Positions 23,018 to 32,582 of a stretch of 64,000 nt of DNA are shown in pieces; the first letter of the stretch is position 1, and each line of letters starts with the position of its first letter. A program made the translations under genes and the position numbers. Source of the stretch: an uncultured delta proteobacterium (GTDB taxonomy: Bacteria; Myxococcota; UBA727; VGSZ01); NCBI GenBank assembly GCA_963775425.1, contig CAVZJB010000016.1, forward strand, positions 64,001 to 128,000. Reading direction: 5' to 3'. The notes beneath the pieces were generated by a model. The model ran no database searches. It saw only the letters and a program-made list of their open reading frames with translations, and was not told the DNA's origin.

Positions 23018-26000
23018 ATGAGCAACGGGCAACCCGACCTCGACGGGGCTCCTGCGCAGGGCACACCTCCGGGAGACACGGCGGGCGATCCCGAGCTGCT
23101 CGTCGAGGAGGCCACCGGGGAGTTCTCCCACAAGCAGCAGGCGGCGGCGCCCGCGTCCGCGGCGGCAGGAGAGCCGGCCCAGCCCGTCGCGCCTCCGCTC
23201 CCGGTGCCGGCCGCCGGGGCCCCGCCGTTTCAGCCCACGCCCGAGGACGCCCAGCGCGCCAAGGACCGCATCGACGGGCTGGTGAAGGAGGCCCGCGCCA
23301 CCGAAGGCGCCGAGGCCGCGCCGCTGTGGTTCGAGGCCGGCCGCCTGTACGAGAGCGAGCTCGGTGACTTCAAGAACGCCGCGGGCCACTACCAGGAGGC
23401 CCACAAGGCCGACGCCGGCTTCCTCCCCGTCATCCACGGGGCCCGCCGCCTGTTCGCCACGCTCGGCAAGTGGGGCATGGTCGTGGTCCTCATCGATGAG
23501 GAGCTGAAGCTCCCCGGTGCGCCGCAGACCGCGCTCCTCGTCGAGAAGGCCCGCATCCACGAAACGCGCCTCGCGCGCCCCGAGGACGCCGTCGCCCTCT
23601 ACCAGCAGGCCCTGCAGATCAATCCCGGCTACGCCCCCGCCATCGACGGCGTCGTGCGCCACCTCGAGCAGCGAGGCGCCTGGGGCGACATCGCCAAGGT
23701 CTTGCGCGAGGGCGCCGAGCGCACGCCGCGGCCGGCGCAGCGCGCCGCCTGGCTCCTCGAGGTCGGTCGCATCCTCGAGGCGCGCCTCGGCGACGACGCC
23801 GGCGCGCTCGCCGCGTACGAGAAGGCCGACGCCGAAAACCCCGGGCGCCGCCCCGTCCTCGAGGCGCTGCGCCGGCTCTACGCGCGCGCGGGGAACGCCT
23901 CGGCGCTCGGCGCCGTCCTCGAGCGCCTCGCCGACGGCGCCAGCTCCGCCGGCGAGGCCGTCACGTTCCTGTGCGAGCGCGCGCGCATGCTCGCGGCCGC
24001 CGGCGACGAGCGGCAGGCCGTGGCGGCCCTCGAGGAGGCCCGCGAGCGCGCCCCCGACGACGCGCTCATCCTCGGCGACCTCGCGCGCTTGTACGAGCGG
24101 CTCGAGGTCTGGCCGTCGCTCGTGGAGACGCTCGAGGCGCACGCCCGCGGCACCCACGACCGCGCCGAGCTGCTCGCGCTCTTCGCCGAGGCCGGCAAGC
24201 TCGCCGAGGAGAAGCTCCAGGACGTCGAGCGCGCCATCCGCCTCTACGGCAGTTGTGTCGAGGTCGATCCGAGCTACGGGCCGGCGCTCACCGCGCTCGG
24301 CAAGCTCTTCGCCAAGACCAAGCGCTATCGCGAGCTGTCGAGCGTCTACGACGTCCAGGTGTCGTCGGCGGCGGACGCGCAGCAGAAGGTGAACCTGCTG
24401 TTCAAGCAGGCGGAGCTGCTCGCGGATCGGCTCGGCGACGCCGACGGCGCGCTGCTCCGCCTCACGGAGGTCCTCCGGCTGCAGCAGGGCTGGGTGCCCG
24501 CGCTCAAGCTGGCGTCGTCGCTGTACGCGCGCATGGGGCGCTGGGAGGAGCTGCTCAAGACCTACGAGCTCGAGCTGCAGTCGATGTCCGAAGGCGGGCA
24601 ACCCGATCGCGACCAGGCCATCTTCCTCCTCGAGAAGATCGCCAGCGTCGTCGAGGACAAGCTCGACGATCCCGCGCGCGCCGTCGAGGTCTACAAGCGG
24701 ATGCTCGAGGTGCAGCAGGGCTACCTGCCGGCGCTTCGCTCGCTCGGGCGCCTCTACGCGCGGCTCGAGAAGTGGGAAGAGCTCATCGCGGTCAACGCCG
24801 AGGAGTCGCAGATCGTCGGCGACCAGAACCACATCGTCTCGCTCATGTTCAAAAACGGCGAGATCTTCGCCGAGAAGCTCGGCCGCACCGACGAGGCCAT
24901 CACGGCCTATCGCCAGGCGCTGCAGTTGATGCCGAACTACCTGCCGGCGCTCAAGGCGCTCGGCTCCATCTATGCGCGCTCGGGCCGCTTCACGGACCTC
25001 ATCGCCATGCACCGCGAGGAGGCCGAGGTCGCCCGTCGCGCGGAGCAGCGCGCCCAGCTCCTGTACATGGTGGCGCAGATCCACGACGAGAAGCTGGGCG
25101 ACCGGAAGGCCGCCGTCGCCGCGTACCAGGAGGTGCTCAAGGAGGACGCGCGCTACCACCCGGCGATGCGCGCGCTCGCCCGCATCGCCTCCATGGACGG
25201 CGCGTGGGAGGACCTGCTCGAGGTCTACAAGATGGAGCTCGACGTGCTCTCCGAGGCGCGCGATCGCTCGCTCCTGCGCTGCCGCATGGCGGAGCTCCAG
25301 GACCGCCGCCTCGGCCGCGTCGACGACGCCGTGAAGACCCTCGAGGAGGCCATCGCCGACTCGAGCTACCTGCTGCAGGCGCACGAGCAGCTCGTCGCGC
25401 TGTACGCCCGGCTCGGCCGCGCCGAGGACGAGGTGCGCGCGCGCGAGCAGATGCACCAGGTGCTGCCCGACACCGACAGCCGCGTGGCCAACCTGCGCGT
25501 GCTCGCCAACCACGCGCTGCACCGCCTCGACGATCCCGCGGCGTCCCTCGACGCGGCCCAGCGCATCCTGTTCGAGAGCGGCCAGGACCGCGCCGCCCTC
25601 CGCCTCGGGCTGCACTGCGCGCTGCGCCTGCGCGACTACAAGCTCGCGGTGGAGCTGGCGGAGAAGCTCGCCCGCGTGGAGCCCGCCGCCGACGAGGTCG
25701 CCAACCTCCACCTGCAGGTCGCGGTGTGGAAGGAGAGCCACCTCGACCCCCCGCAGGACAGCCTGCCGAGCTACGTGCGGGCCCTCGAGTTCGACCCCGA
25801 AAACCCCACGGCGCTTCGTGCCGTGGAGCGCGCGTACGTCGAGCGCCAGGCGTGGGACGCGCTCTATGCCCTGTATGAGCGCGAGCGCGAGCGCGCGCAG
25901 CGCCCGGGCATCGTCGCGGACCTCTCGATGAAGATGGGCGAGATCGCCGAGCGTCGCCTGAAGAAGCTCGACGACGCCCTCGCGTGCTACGAGCGTGTCC

Positions 26001-28222
26001 TCGAGGGCGCGCCCGGCAACCTGGCGGCCATCACCCGGCTCAAGGACCTGTACGGCGCCCTCGGCCGCTCCAGCGACCAGTTGCGCATGCTCTCCCTGGA
26101 GGCGCAGACCTCCAAGGACCCGGCGCACGCCGTGAAGACGCTGCTCGAGGTGGGCGCGCTGCAGCGCGACCGCTTCAACAACGTCGACGCCGCCGTCGAG
26201 TGCTTCACGCGCGTCCTCGAGCGCGACGCCCTGCATTCGCAGGCCTACCAGTCGTTGGAGACGCTCCTCGTCAACAACTCGCGGTGGGAGGAGCTCGCCA
26301 AGCTCTATGTGACGCGCTCGTCGTCGGTGGCGGAGCTCCCGCAGAAGGTGGAGCTGCTCGTCAAGGCCGCCCACATCCTCGGTGATCGCTTGAAGCGCTT
26401 CGGCGCCGCCGCCGACGCCTACGAGCGCGTGCTCGAGCTCGTGCCCAACCACTCCGGCGCGCTCATGCAGCTCGGCCACCTCCGCTTCGCGTTGCAGGAG
26501 TGGGACGGCGCCGTGCAGGCCTACGCGCAGCTCGTGCAGATGGCCGGCGACCCGATGATGCTCGTGCCGGTGCACTACAACCTGGGCGTCATCTTCTCCG
26601 AGCACCGTGTCGACGCGCAGCGCGCCATCCAGCACCTCACCTCCTGCCTCGCCATGCAGCCGGACAACCGCGACGCGCGCAAGCGCATCGCGGCCAGCTA
26701 CGCCCTGTCGGGCTCGCCGGCGCAGGCGCTCGCGGCGTACCGCCAGCTCTGCGAGAGCTCCAACGACAAGGCCGAGAAGCGCGAGCTGCACATCATCCTC
26801 GCGCGGCTGTTCGAGCAGGCGTTCTCGGACCTCGCCCAGGCGGGCTCGCAGCTCGAAGAGGCCATGGCGCTCACCGACGACGCCGGCGACCGCAACCGGC
26901 TCCTCGACGAGATCGCGGGCCTGTACGAGCGCGCCGGCAACCTCCCCGGCCTCATCGACACCAGCGCCAAGCAGGCGGAGCAGCTCGCCGCCGTCGACCC
27001 CAAGCGCGCCGCCGACCTGATGTTCAGGAACGCGCGCATCCAGCTCGAGCGCATCAAGGACGCCGACGGCTCGCTGAGGTCCGCCCGCCGCGGCCTCGAG
27101 GTGAACCCCGATGACGTCGAGCTGCGCGGCTTCCTCGCCGACCTCTACGCCCGCATCCCCAACCAGCAGCTCCTCGCCATCGAGGAGCACCGCAAGATCC
27201 TGCGCGCGGGCCGCGTGCGGCCGGAGAGCATCCGCGGGCTGTTCAAGGCCTGGCAGGCGCAGCGGGCGCACGATCGCGCGTTCGTCGCGGCCGAGATCCT
27301 CTCGTTCCTCGGCGCCGCCAACGACGCCGAGGAGCTCTTCTTCAACGACAACAAGAAGCGCTTGAAGAAGGAGTCGCAGGAGGGGCTCGACGGCGGTCAG
27401 GTGAAGGGCTGGGTGCTCCACCCCGGCGAGCGCAACGCCGTCCACGACATCCTCGCCGCCGCCGCGGTGGACCTCGGCAAGCCCCTGGCGGACGGCGACC
27501 TCGAGCCCGTCGAGAAGCGCCTGCTCCTGCGGCCCAAGGCCGATGACCCGGTGCGGCGCCTCGCCGACGAGATCGCCAACAACTTCGGCTCGCGCCAGCA
27601 GGGCTGGGGCGGCTTCGACGTGCACAAGAGCGAGACCCGCCGCAGCCTCGTGCGCGCCTACGCCGCCGTCCCCGCCGTCGTCGTCGTTGGCGTCGACGTC
27701 GCCAAGCTGCAGCCCACGCGCGAACAGCGCTTTCTCCTCGGGCGCGAGATGCTCGCGTTGGCCGCGGGCCACACGCTCTTGCGCGGGCTCGACGCGCGCG
27801 GCCTCGGCGCGCTCATCACCGCCATCGGCCGCAACGTCGACAAGTCGTTCCCCCTGCTGGCCTCCACCGACGACCTCGACCTCCTCACGCGCAAGGTGGG
27901 CAGCGCGCTGTCGCGCAGGACCAAGGCGGCGCTGGCCGAGCCGGTGGCGGCGCTGACGGCGTTGTCGCGGCCCGTGGACCTCAAGGCGTTCCTCGAGGCC
28001 GTCCCGCTGTCGGAGCAGCGCGCGGGCCTCCTCGTGTCCGGCGCCTTCGACGCCGCGGTGCGCCTCATCGCGAAGGAGCAGGGGCGCCCGCTCGCGTCCG
28101 ACGCCACCAAGCTCGCCGGCACCCTGGAGAGCGAGCCCCGCCTCGCCGACCTCGTCGCCTACGCCGTCAGCGACGACCACTTCCAGGCCCGCCAGACCCT
28201 CCGCCTCGCCATCGACGCGTAA
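23018..28222 (+). CDS. Giant TPR-repeat protein (1734 aa) of the myxobacterial gliding-associated type, with degenerate M48-like C-terminus
   Basis: Many repeats of A..Y..AL...P.Y.PAL..L..LY....W..L. C-terminus has EQRFLLGRE...RAGLLVSG. Confidence 0.85.
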   Translation: MSNGQPDLDGAPAQGTPPGDTAGDPELLVEEATGEFSHKQQAAAPASAAAGEPAQPVAPPLPVPAAGAPPFQPTPEDAQRAKDRIDGLVKEARATEGAEAAPLWFEAGRLYESELGDFKNAAGHYQEAHKADAGFLPVIHGARRLFATLGKWGMVVVLIDEELKLPGAPQTALLVEKARIHETRLARPEDAVALYQQALQINPGYAPAIDGVVRHLEQRGAWGDIAKVLREGAERTPRPAQRAAWLLEVGRILEARLGDDAGALAAYEKADAENPGRRPVLEALRRLYARAGNASALGAVLERLADGASSAGEAVTFLCERARMLAAAGDERQAVAALEEARERAPDDALILGDLARLYERLEVWPSLVETLEAHARGTHDRAELLALFAEAGKLAEEKLQDVERAIRLYGSCVEVDPSYGPALTALGKLFAKTKRYRELSSVYDVQVSSAADAQQKVNLLFKQAELLADRLGDADGALLRLTEVLRLQQGWVPALKLASSLYARMGRWEELLKTYELELQSMSEGGQPDRDQAIFLLEKIASVVEDKLDDPARAVEVYKRMLEVQQGYLPALRSLGRLYARLEKWEELIAVNAEESQIVGDQNHIVSLMFKNGEIFAEKLGRTDEAITAYRQALQLMPNYLPALKALGSIYARSGRFTDLIAMHREEAEVARRAEQRAQLLYMVAQIHDEKLGDRKAAVAAYQEVLKEDARYHPAMRALARIASMDGAWEDLLEVYKMELDVLSEARDRSLLRCRMAELQDRRLGRVDDAVKTLEEAIADSSYLLQAHEQLVALYARLGRAEDEVRAREQMHQVLPDTDSRVANLRVLANHALHRLDDPAASLDAAQRILFESGQDRAALRLGLHCALRLRDYKLAVELAEKLARVEPAADEVANLHLQVAVWKESHLDPPQDSLPSYVRALEFDPENPTALRAVERAYVERQAWDALYALYERERERAQRPGIVADLSMKMGEIAERRLKKLDDALACYERVLEGAPGNLAAITRLKDLYGALGRSSDQLRMLSLEAQTSKDPAHAVKTLLEVGALQRDRFNNVDAAVECFTRVLERDALHSQAYQSLETLLVNNSRWEELAKLYVTRSSSVAELPQKVELLVKAAHILGDRLKRFGAAADAYERVLELVPNHSGALMQLGHLRFALQEWDGAVQAYAQLVQMAGDPMMLVPVHYNLGVIFSEHRVDAQRAIQHLTSCLAMQPDNRDARKRIAASYALSGSPAQALAAYRQLCESSNDKAEKRELHIILARLFEQAFSDLAQAGSQLEEAMALTDDAGDRNRLLDEIAGLYERAGNLPGLIDTSAKQAEQLAAVDPKRAADLMFRNARIQLERIKDADGSLRSARRGLEVNPDDVELRGFLADLYARIPNQQLLAIEEHRKILRAGRVRPESIRGLFKAWQAQRAHDRAFVAAEILSFLGAANDAEELFFNDNKKRLKKESQEGLDGGQVKGWVLHPGERNAVHDILAAAAVDLGKPLADGDLEPVEKRLLLRPKADDPVRRLADEIANNFGSRQQGWGGFDVHKSETRRSLVRAYAAVPAVVVVGVDVAKLQPTREQRFLLGREMLALAAGHTLLRGLDARGLGALITAIGRNVDKSFPLLASTDDLDLLTRKVGSALSRRTKAALAEPVAALTALSRPVDLKAFLEAVPLSEQRAGLLVSGAFDAAVRLIAKEQGRPLASDATKLAGTLESEPRLADLVAYAVSDDHFQARQTLRLAIDA

Positions 28223-28226
28223 GCGG

Positions 28227-29237
28227 TCACCCCACAACGAGGACGGCGGCGCCTTCGATGCGACCGCTCCTGAGGTCGTCGAGGGCGCGGTTGGCGTCCT
28301 CGAGGGGATACCTCGTCGTCGTCGTGCGGATGGGCACCTCGGGCGCGAGCGACAGGAGCGCCTCGCCGTCTTTGCGGGTGAGGTTCGCGACGGAGCGCAC
28401 CACGCGCTCGCCCCACAACAGGTCGTACGAAAACGACGGGATGGGGCTCATGTGGATGCCGGCGCAGACGACGACGCCGCCCTTGTCGACGTCGCCGAGC
28501 GCCTTGGGCACGAGCGCGCCCACGGGCGCCAAGAGGATGGCGGCGTCGAGGACCTCGGGCGGCGGCTCGTCGGAGCCCCCGGCCCACACGGCGCCGAGCC
28601 CACGCGCGAACGCCTGCGCGGCCCCGTCGCCCTTGCGCGTGAACGCGTACACACGCCTCCCGTCGTGGACCGCGATCTGCGCGAGGATGTGCGCCGCCGC
28701 GCCGAAGCCGTACAGGCCGAGCGCCTCGCCGCGCCCCGGGGGCGCGTCCCCCTCGGGGAACGCCATGCGGTACGCCCGGTAGCCGATGAGCCCCGCGCAC
28801 AACAGCGGCGCGGCCTCGACGTCGCCAAGCTGCGGCGGCAGCGGGAAGCAGTACGCGGCGTCGGCGACGGCGTGCGTGGCGTAGCCGCCGTCGCGCGTGT
28901 AGCCGGTGAACACGGCGTTGTCGCAGAGGTTCTCGCGCCCGCGCACGCAGAAGCGGCAAGCGCCGCAGGTGGCGCCGAGCCACGGGATGCCCACGCGCGC
29001 GCCCGGCTCCAAAGTCACGCCCTCGCCGCGCGCCTCGACGACGCCGACGACCTCGTGGCCGGGCACGAGCGGCAGCTTGGGGTGATCGAGCTCGCCGTCG
29101 ACGACGTGCAGATCGGTGCGGCACACGCCGCAGGCGAGCACCTTCACGCGCACCTGGCCGGGGCCGGGCGCGCGCGGCTCGATCTCACGCTTCACGAGAG
29201 GCGCGCGCGGCGCCTCGAGGACCATGGCCCACGCCAT
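28227..29237 (-). CDS. Zinc-dependent alcohol dehydrogenase family protein
   Basis: CGVCRTDLH, PGHEVVG, CGACRFC...ENLC, LCAGLIGYR, GLYGFGAAAH. Confidence 0.93.
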   Translation of the reverse strand: MAWAMVLEAPRAPLVKREIEPRAPGPGQVRVKVLACGVCRTDLHVVDGELDHPKLPLVPGHEVVGVVEARGEGVTLEPGARVGIPWLGATCGACRFCVRGRENLCDNAVFTGYTRDGGYATHAVADAAYCFPLPPQLGDVEAAPLLCAGLIGYRAYRMAFPEGDAPPGRGEALGLYGFGAAAHILAQIAVHDGRRVYAFTRKGDGAAQAFARGLGAVWAGGSDEPPPEVLDAAILLAPVGALVPKALGDVDKGGVVVCAGIHMSPIPSFSYDLLWGERVVRSVANLTRKDGEALLSLAPEVPIRTTTTRYPLEDANRALDDLRSGRIEGAAVLVVG

Positions 29238-29291
29238 GGGCAAGGCTACCAAAGCTCCGCCTCGACGCCGCAGCGTTCGGAGGACCGCCCG

Positions 29292-30716
29292 CTAGGTCTC
29301 TGCGAGCAGCCATGCGTCGAGGCGGTCGAAGCCGCCGCTCTCGCGGACGCGGTAGGCGGCGTGGTGGAACTCCGCTCCGTCGTGGCCGTGATAGCGGACG
29401 TCGACGCGCTGGCGACCCGGATCGAGCTCGAGCGTGGTCACGTTGTTCCGCCCGCTCGCCCAGTCGAACTGCGCGCCGAAGAGGAAGGGCACGAGGGCAT
29501 GGGGGATCTGTGCGCCCGGCCCCGCGAGCACCTCCATGGTCTTTCCGCCGACGCCCCACGCGCTCGCGCGCGCGATCATCGCGAGGTGGAAGTCGCCCGA
29601 GAGGAAGAGGACGCCGGGGATGTGGTTGTGCTCGATGTGCCCGAGGAGCTCGGTGCGTTGCTCGGCGAAGGTCTCCCAGCGATCGCGGATCGACGTCGAG
29701 AAGATCGGCGGGAACCGCGTGATGGGCACGGAGTTCACGATGATCTTGAACACGGCCGGGCTCTCCGCCAGCCCGCGCTTGAGCCAGTCCATCTGTTCGG
29801 GGCTGATGTACTGGTGCGGCGTCTGCGAGCGGTCACGCTCGCCGCGACAGTCGAGGACGAAGACCTCCGCGGTCTTGCCGAAGCGCCTGCTGCGCCACAG
29901 GCGATCGGGGCAGGGCGCGCGGCGGCACACGGGCATGTGCTCGAAGAACGCCGCGCGCGCGGCCGCGAGCTTGTCGGGCGACACCGAGGCCGGGCACCAA
30001 TCGTTGTCGACCTCGTGATCGTCCCAGGTGACCATGAAGCCCGTCGACGCGCGAAACGCCTGGTAGCCCGGCTGCGAGAGGTTCTCGCGCCACCGCGAGC
30101 GGTACGCCCGGAGGTCCTCGGAGCCGTCGGCGTACACGGCGTCGCCGAGCTGGATCATCATGTCGAGGTCGCTGCGCTCGCCGGCGCGGGCGAGCACGCT
30201 CTGATCCATCCCGTTCATGGTGCAGCACGTGGCCCCGATGCGCACCGGCACCAGGGCGTCGTCGACGGGCGCGGTCTTGAAGCGGCCCACGCGGCTGCGC
30301 CGCGACGGCGCGTCGCCGGCGAGCGCGTAGAAGGTGTAGCGGTACTCCGTGAACGGCTCGAGCGCGTCGACGTGCACCTGCACCGCGCCGCGCGCACCGC
30401 GAGGGACCTCGTGGTGGACCACCTGTCGCCAGCCGTCGCCGTCGTGCCGCCAGACCGCGAGGAGGAGCGCCGAGTCACCGTCGTAGTGCGTCCAGAGCTG
30501 CGCGCTGTCGGGCGTCGGATCGCCGGCGTTCACGCCGAGGGAGAACGCGCGTGGATCCTCGGGCACGGACCCGGGGTCGACGTCGGGCGCGACGTCGGCG
30601 CGCGCGTGCGCGGCGCCCGCCTTGGCGAGGATGCCGGCGGCGGTGACCGCGCCGAGCTGGAGGAAGCCTCTGCGCGTGTGCGCCGCCGGCCGCGGGTGCT
30701 CTCGATGTTTGCTCAT
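29292..30716 (-). CDS. PhoD-family alkaline phosphatase, Tat-exported
   Basis: Tat motif TRRGFL, LGDAVYAD, TWDDHEVDND, LSGDFH. Start at ATG 30716. Confidence 0.9.
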   Translation of the reverse strand: MSKHREHPRPAAHTRRGFLQLGAVTAAGILAKAGAAHARADVAPDVDPGSVPEDPRAFSLGVNAGDPTPDSAQLWTHYDGDSALLLAVWRHDGDGWRQVVHHEVPRGARGAVQVHVDALEPFTEYRYTFYALAGDAPSRRSRVGRFKTAPVDDALVPVRIGATCCTMNGMDQSVLARAGERSDLDMMIQLGDAVYADGSEDLRAYRSRWRENLSQPGYQAFRASTGFMVTWDDHEVDNDWCPASVSPDKLAAARAAFFEHMPVCRRAPCPDRLWRSRRFGKTAEVFVLDCRGERDRSQTPHQYISPEQMDWLKRGLAESPAVFKIIVNSVPITRFPPIFSTSIRDRWETFAEQRTELLGHIEHNHIPGVLFLSGDFHLAMIARASAWGVGGKTMEVLAGPGAQIPHALVPFLFGAQFDWASGRNNVTTLELDPGRQRVDVRYHGHDGAEFHHAAYRVRESGGFDRLDAWLLAET

Positions 30717-30766
30717 GCCGCCGCGCAACCATACGCACTGCGCGCACGAACGGCAGGCCGCGCTGA

Positions 30767-31789
30767 TCAGGGCGACGGCGCGTCTGGGCGCGTACGCACA
30801 CGCAGCGGCGGATCCCCGCAGACGCTCTCGATGGTGAACGGCGTCGGATCGGGGACCCGCTTGTCGTCCATGAGCGCGTCGAGGGTGCGCACCGAGAAGC
30901 TCGAGCACCCCTGCGCGCGGTAGCGCCGGCGGCGCTCGACGATGTCCGGCCGGTGGAGCAAGCGGCAGTAGCCCGGGAGGGCGCGCTTTACGCCGTCACC
31001 GAGCGGCCCGCTGTAGACCGTCGGGTAGAAGCTCTCGTTCCAACACGGGTTCACCCAGTCGGCGAAGCGAAAGGGGCGCGCCAGGCGCCAGCGCCCGCCG
31101 CCGAAGACGAGCCCCGGGTGCGGCCCTTCGCACCACGAGCGCATGAGCTCGAGCCCCTGGAAGTTCGCCTCCATGTCGCCGTAGCTGAAGACGTTCCAGA
31201 ACGCGCCGCCGAGGATCCCGGACTCCTGGCGGATGCCGACGTCGACCGCCGCGCGCAGCGCGTCGTCGACGCTCTTGCCCGCGGCGCGCGCGCGCTCGTA
31301 CGCGTTCCAGTAGCGCGGACCGTTGGTGAAGAAGTGCCCCATCTTGTCGGTGCCGAAGGTCACGCCGGCGACGTTGATGGTGGGATCGATGTCGACGAAG
31401 ACGCCGTACGGCTGCAGCCCGAAGTAGCGATACATGCTCACGGGCGCGTATCGATCGAGGAGCTCCGACGTCGTCGCCGGGCGATACGGGAAGTGCCAGT
31501 CCCGCGTCGCGCCCACGGCGAACCAGACCGCGGTGCGGAACTGTTTGCCCATGAGGTGCAGGGCCACCTCGGAGCACGTGCGCGCCTCGGGCCGGCAACG
31601 GTTCACCTCGCGCAGGCCCTCGGCGAACCCCGCGTTCACCTTGTCGTCGATGACGCGGGTGCCGTCGGGGACGCGCACGTACCAGGCGTAATACGCGTCG
31701 GTCTCCGCCGCGCGCGCGGGGACGGCGAGCAGCGCGGCGGCGCCCACGACGACGCAGGCTGCGCAGCGTTGTCGCGAACGGCTCGTCAC
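30767..31789 (-). CDS. Secreted hypothetical protein (GTDKxGHFF motif)
   Basis: Signal peptide ending ARA; conserved-looking GTDKMGHFF and VFSYGDMEANFQG motifs. Confidence 0.7.
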   Translation of the reverse strand: MTSRSRQRCAACVVVGAAALLAVPARAAETDAYYAWYVRVPDGTRVIDDKVNAGFAEGLREVNRCRPEARTCSEVALHLMGKQFRTAVWFAVGATRDWHFPYRPATTSELLDRYAPVSMYRYFGLQPYGVFVDIDPTINVAGVTFGTDKMGHFFTNGPRYWNAYERARAAGKSVDDALRAAVDVGIRQESGILGGAFWNVFSYGDMEANFQGLELMRSWCEGPHPGLVFGGGRWRLARPFRFADWVNPCWNESFYPTVYSGPLGDGVKRALPGYCRLLHRPDIVERRRRYRAQGCSSFSVRTLDALMDDKRVPDPTPFTIESVCGDPPLRVRTRPDAPSP

Positions 31790-32099
31790 CGGCGCAGGCT
31801 ACGCGCGGCCGCCGTCGGACGCGAGGCGCAAGGGGCGCCGTTTTCTTTCGCCGCGTCGAACACGCACGGGCCGTCCGCGGTGCCCCGTTCGGTGGACGAC
31901 AGCCGGGGTGGGGACAGGGCGCACGGATCCTCCGAAGGCACACGCGCCCCCACCCCGGTTTGGGCACTTCGCGGGCAACCGGCTGGTTTTGCACGCGATC
32001 GGCAAAGCACCGCTGTCGTCGTCAGGCGCACACGGCGCGACGTGGACCTACGTGTAGGTGAGACGCAGCGCATGTTTCACGGACCGTCCGGCACATGAC

Positions 32100-32107
32100 G
32101 CCGATAA
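32100..32107 (+). promoter_or_regulatory. Sigma28 (FliA/WhiG)-like -10 element
   Basis: Exact GCCGATAA about 35 nt upstream of a start codon with a GGAGG RBS. No canonical TAAA -35 at the expected spacing. Confidence 0.45.
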
Positions 32108-32141
32108 CTCGCCCGACAACAATCAACTTCGGAGGTGCTTC

Positions 32142-32582
32142 GTGGCCATCAACCCGCTCGACCCCAGGAACGTGCTCAAGAACATCCAGCAGCTCGATCC
32201 CATGGGCGGCAAGATCCCCGGCACGAACATCAACGCGCTCGACCCGCTGAACCTCTTCGGCACCGACTCGATGAACAAGACCGGCGGCACCGCCTCGGTG
32301 CCCGGCGCGCCCGCGATGCCCGGCGGTGACATCGACGAGCTGCTCGCCAAGCTCAACAACGGCAAGAAGAACCAGTTCGACGTCGAGAGCGCCTCCAACG
32401 TCACCAGCAACATGGGCAAGGACGGCGTGCAGTCGAGCGGCAGCTCCGACGGCGGCGCGGCCGGCGGCGCGGGCGGCCAGATCCTGCAGCAGATCATGGG
32501 CATGCTGGGCGGCATCGTGAAGTCGCTGCTCGGAAGCATCCTCGGCGGCGGCGGCGGCGGCGGCATCCTCGGCGGCCTCTGA
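32142..32582 (+). CDS. Small Gly/Asn-rich, Cys-free harpin-like protein
   Basis: GGAGG RBS at 32131 and GTG start. Three LDP repeats; amphipathic C-terminal helix QILQQIMGMLGGIVKSLLGSILGG. Confidence 0.75.
   Translation: MAINPLDPRNVLKNIQQLDPMGGKIPGTNINALDPLNLFGTDSMNKTGGTASVPGAPAMPGGDIDELLAKLNNGKKNQFDVESASNVTSNMGKDGVQSSGSSDGGAAGGAGGQILQQIMGMLGGIVKSLLGSILGGGGGGGILGGL

Noticed and set aside
22835-28237. 1800-aa minus-strand ORF, and similar long ORFs such as 49975-55251, 17638-20421 and 47640-50537
   Set aside because: Antisense shadows of real genes. High GC with strong codon bias removes stops in other frames, and the translations have no motifs.
31970-32060. Possible c-di-GMP-I riboswitch (GGCAA...GCAAAGC)
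   Set aside because: The GNRA tetraloop/receptor architecture and P1/P2 pairing could not be built by eye. An Rfam scan is needed.
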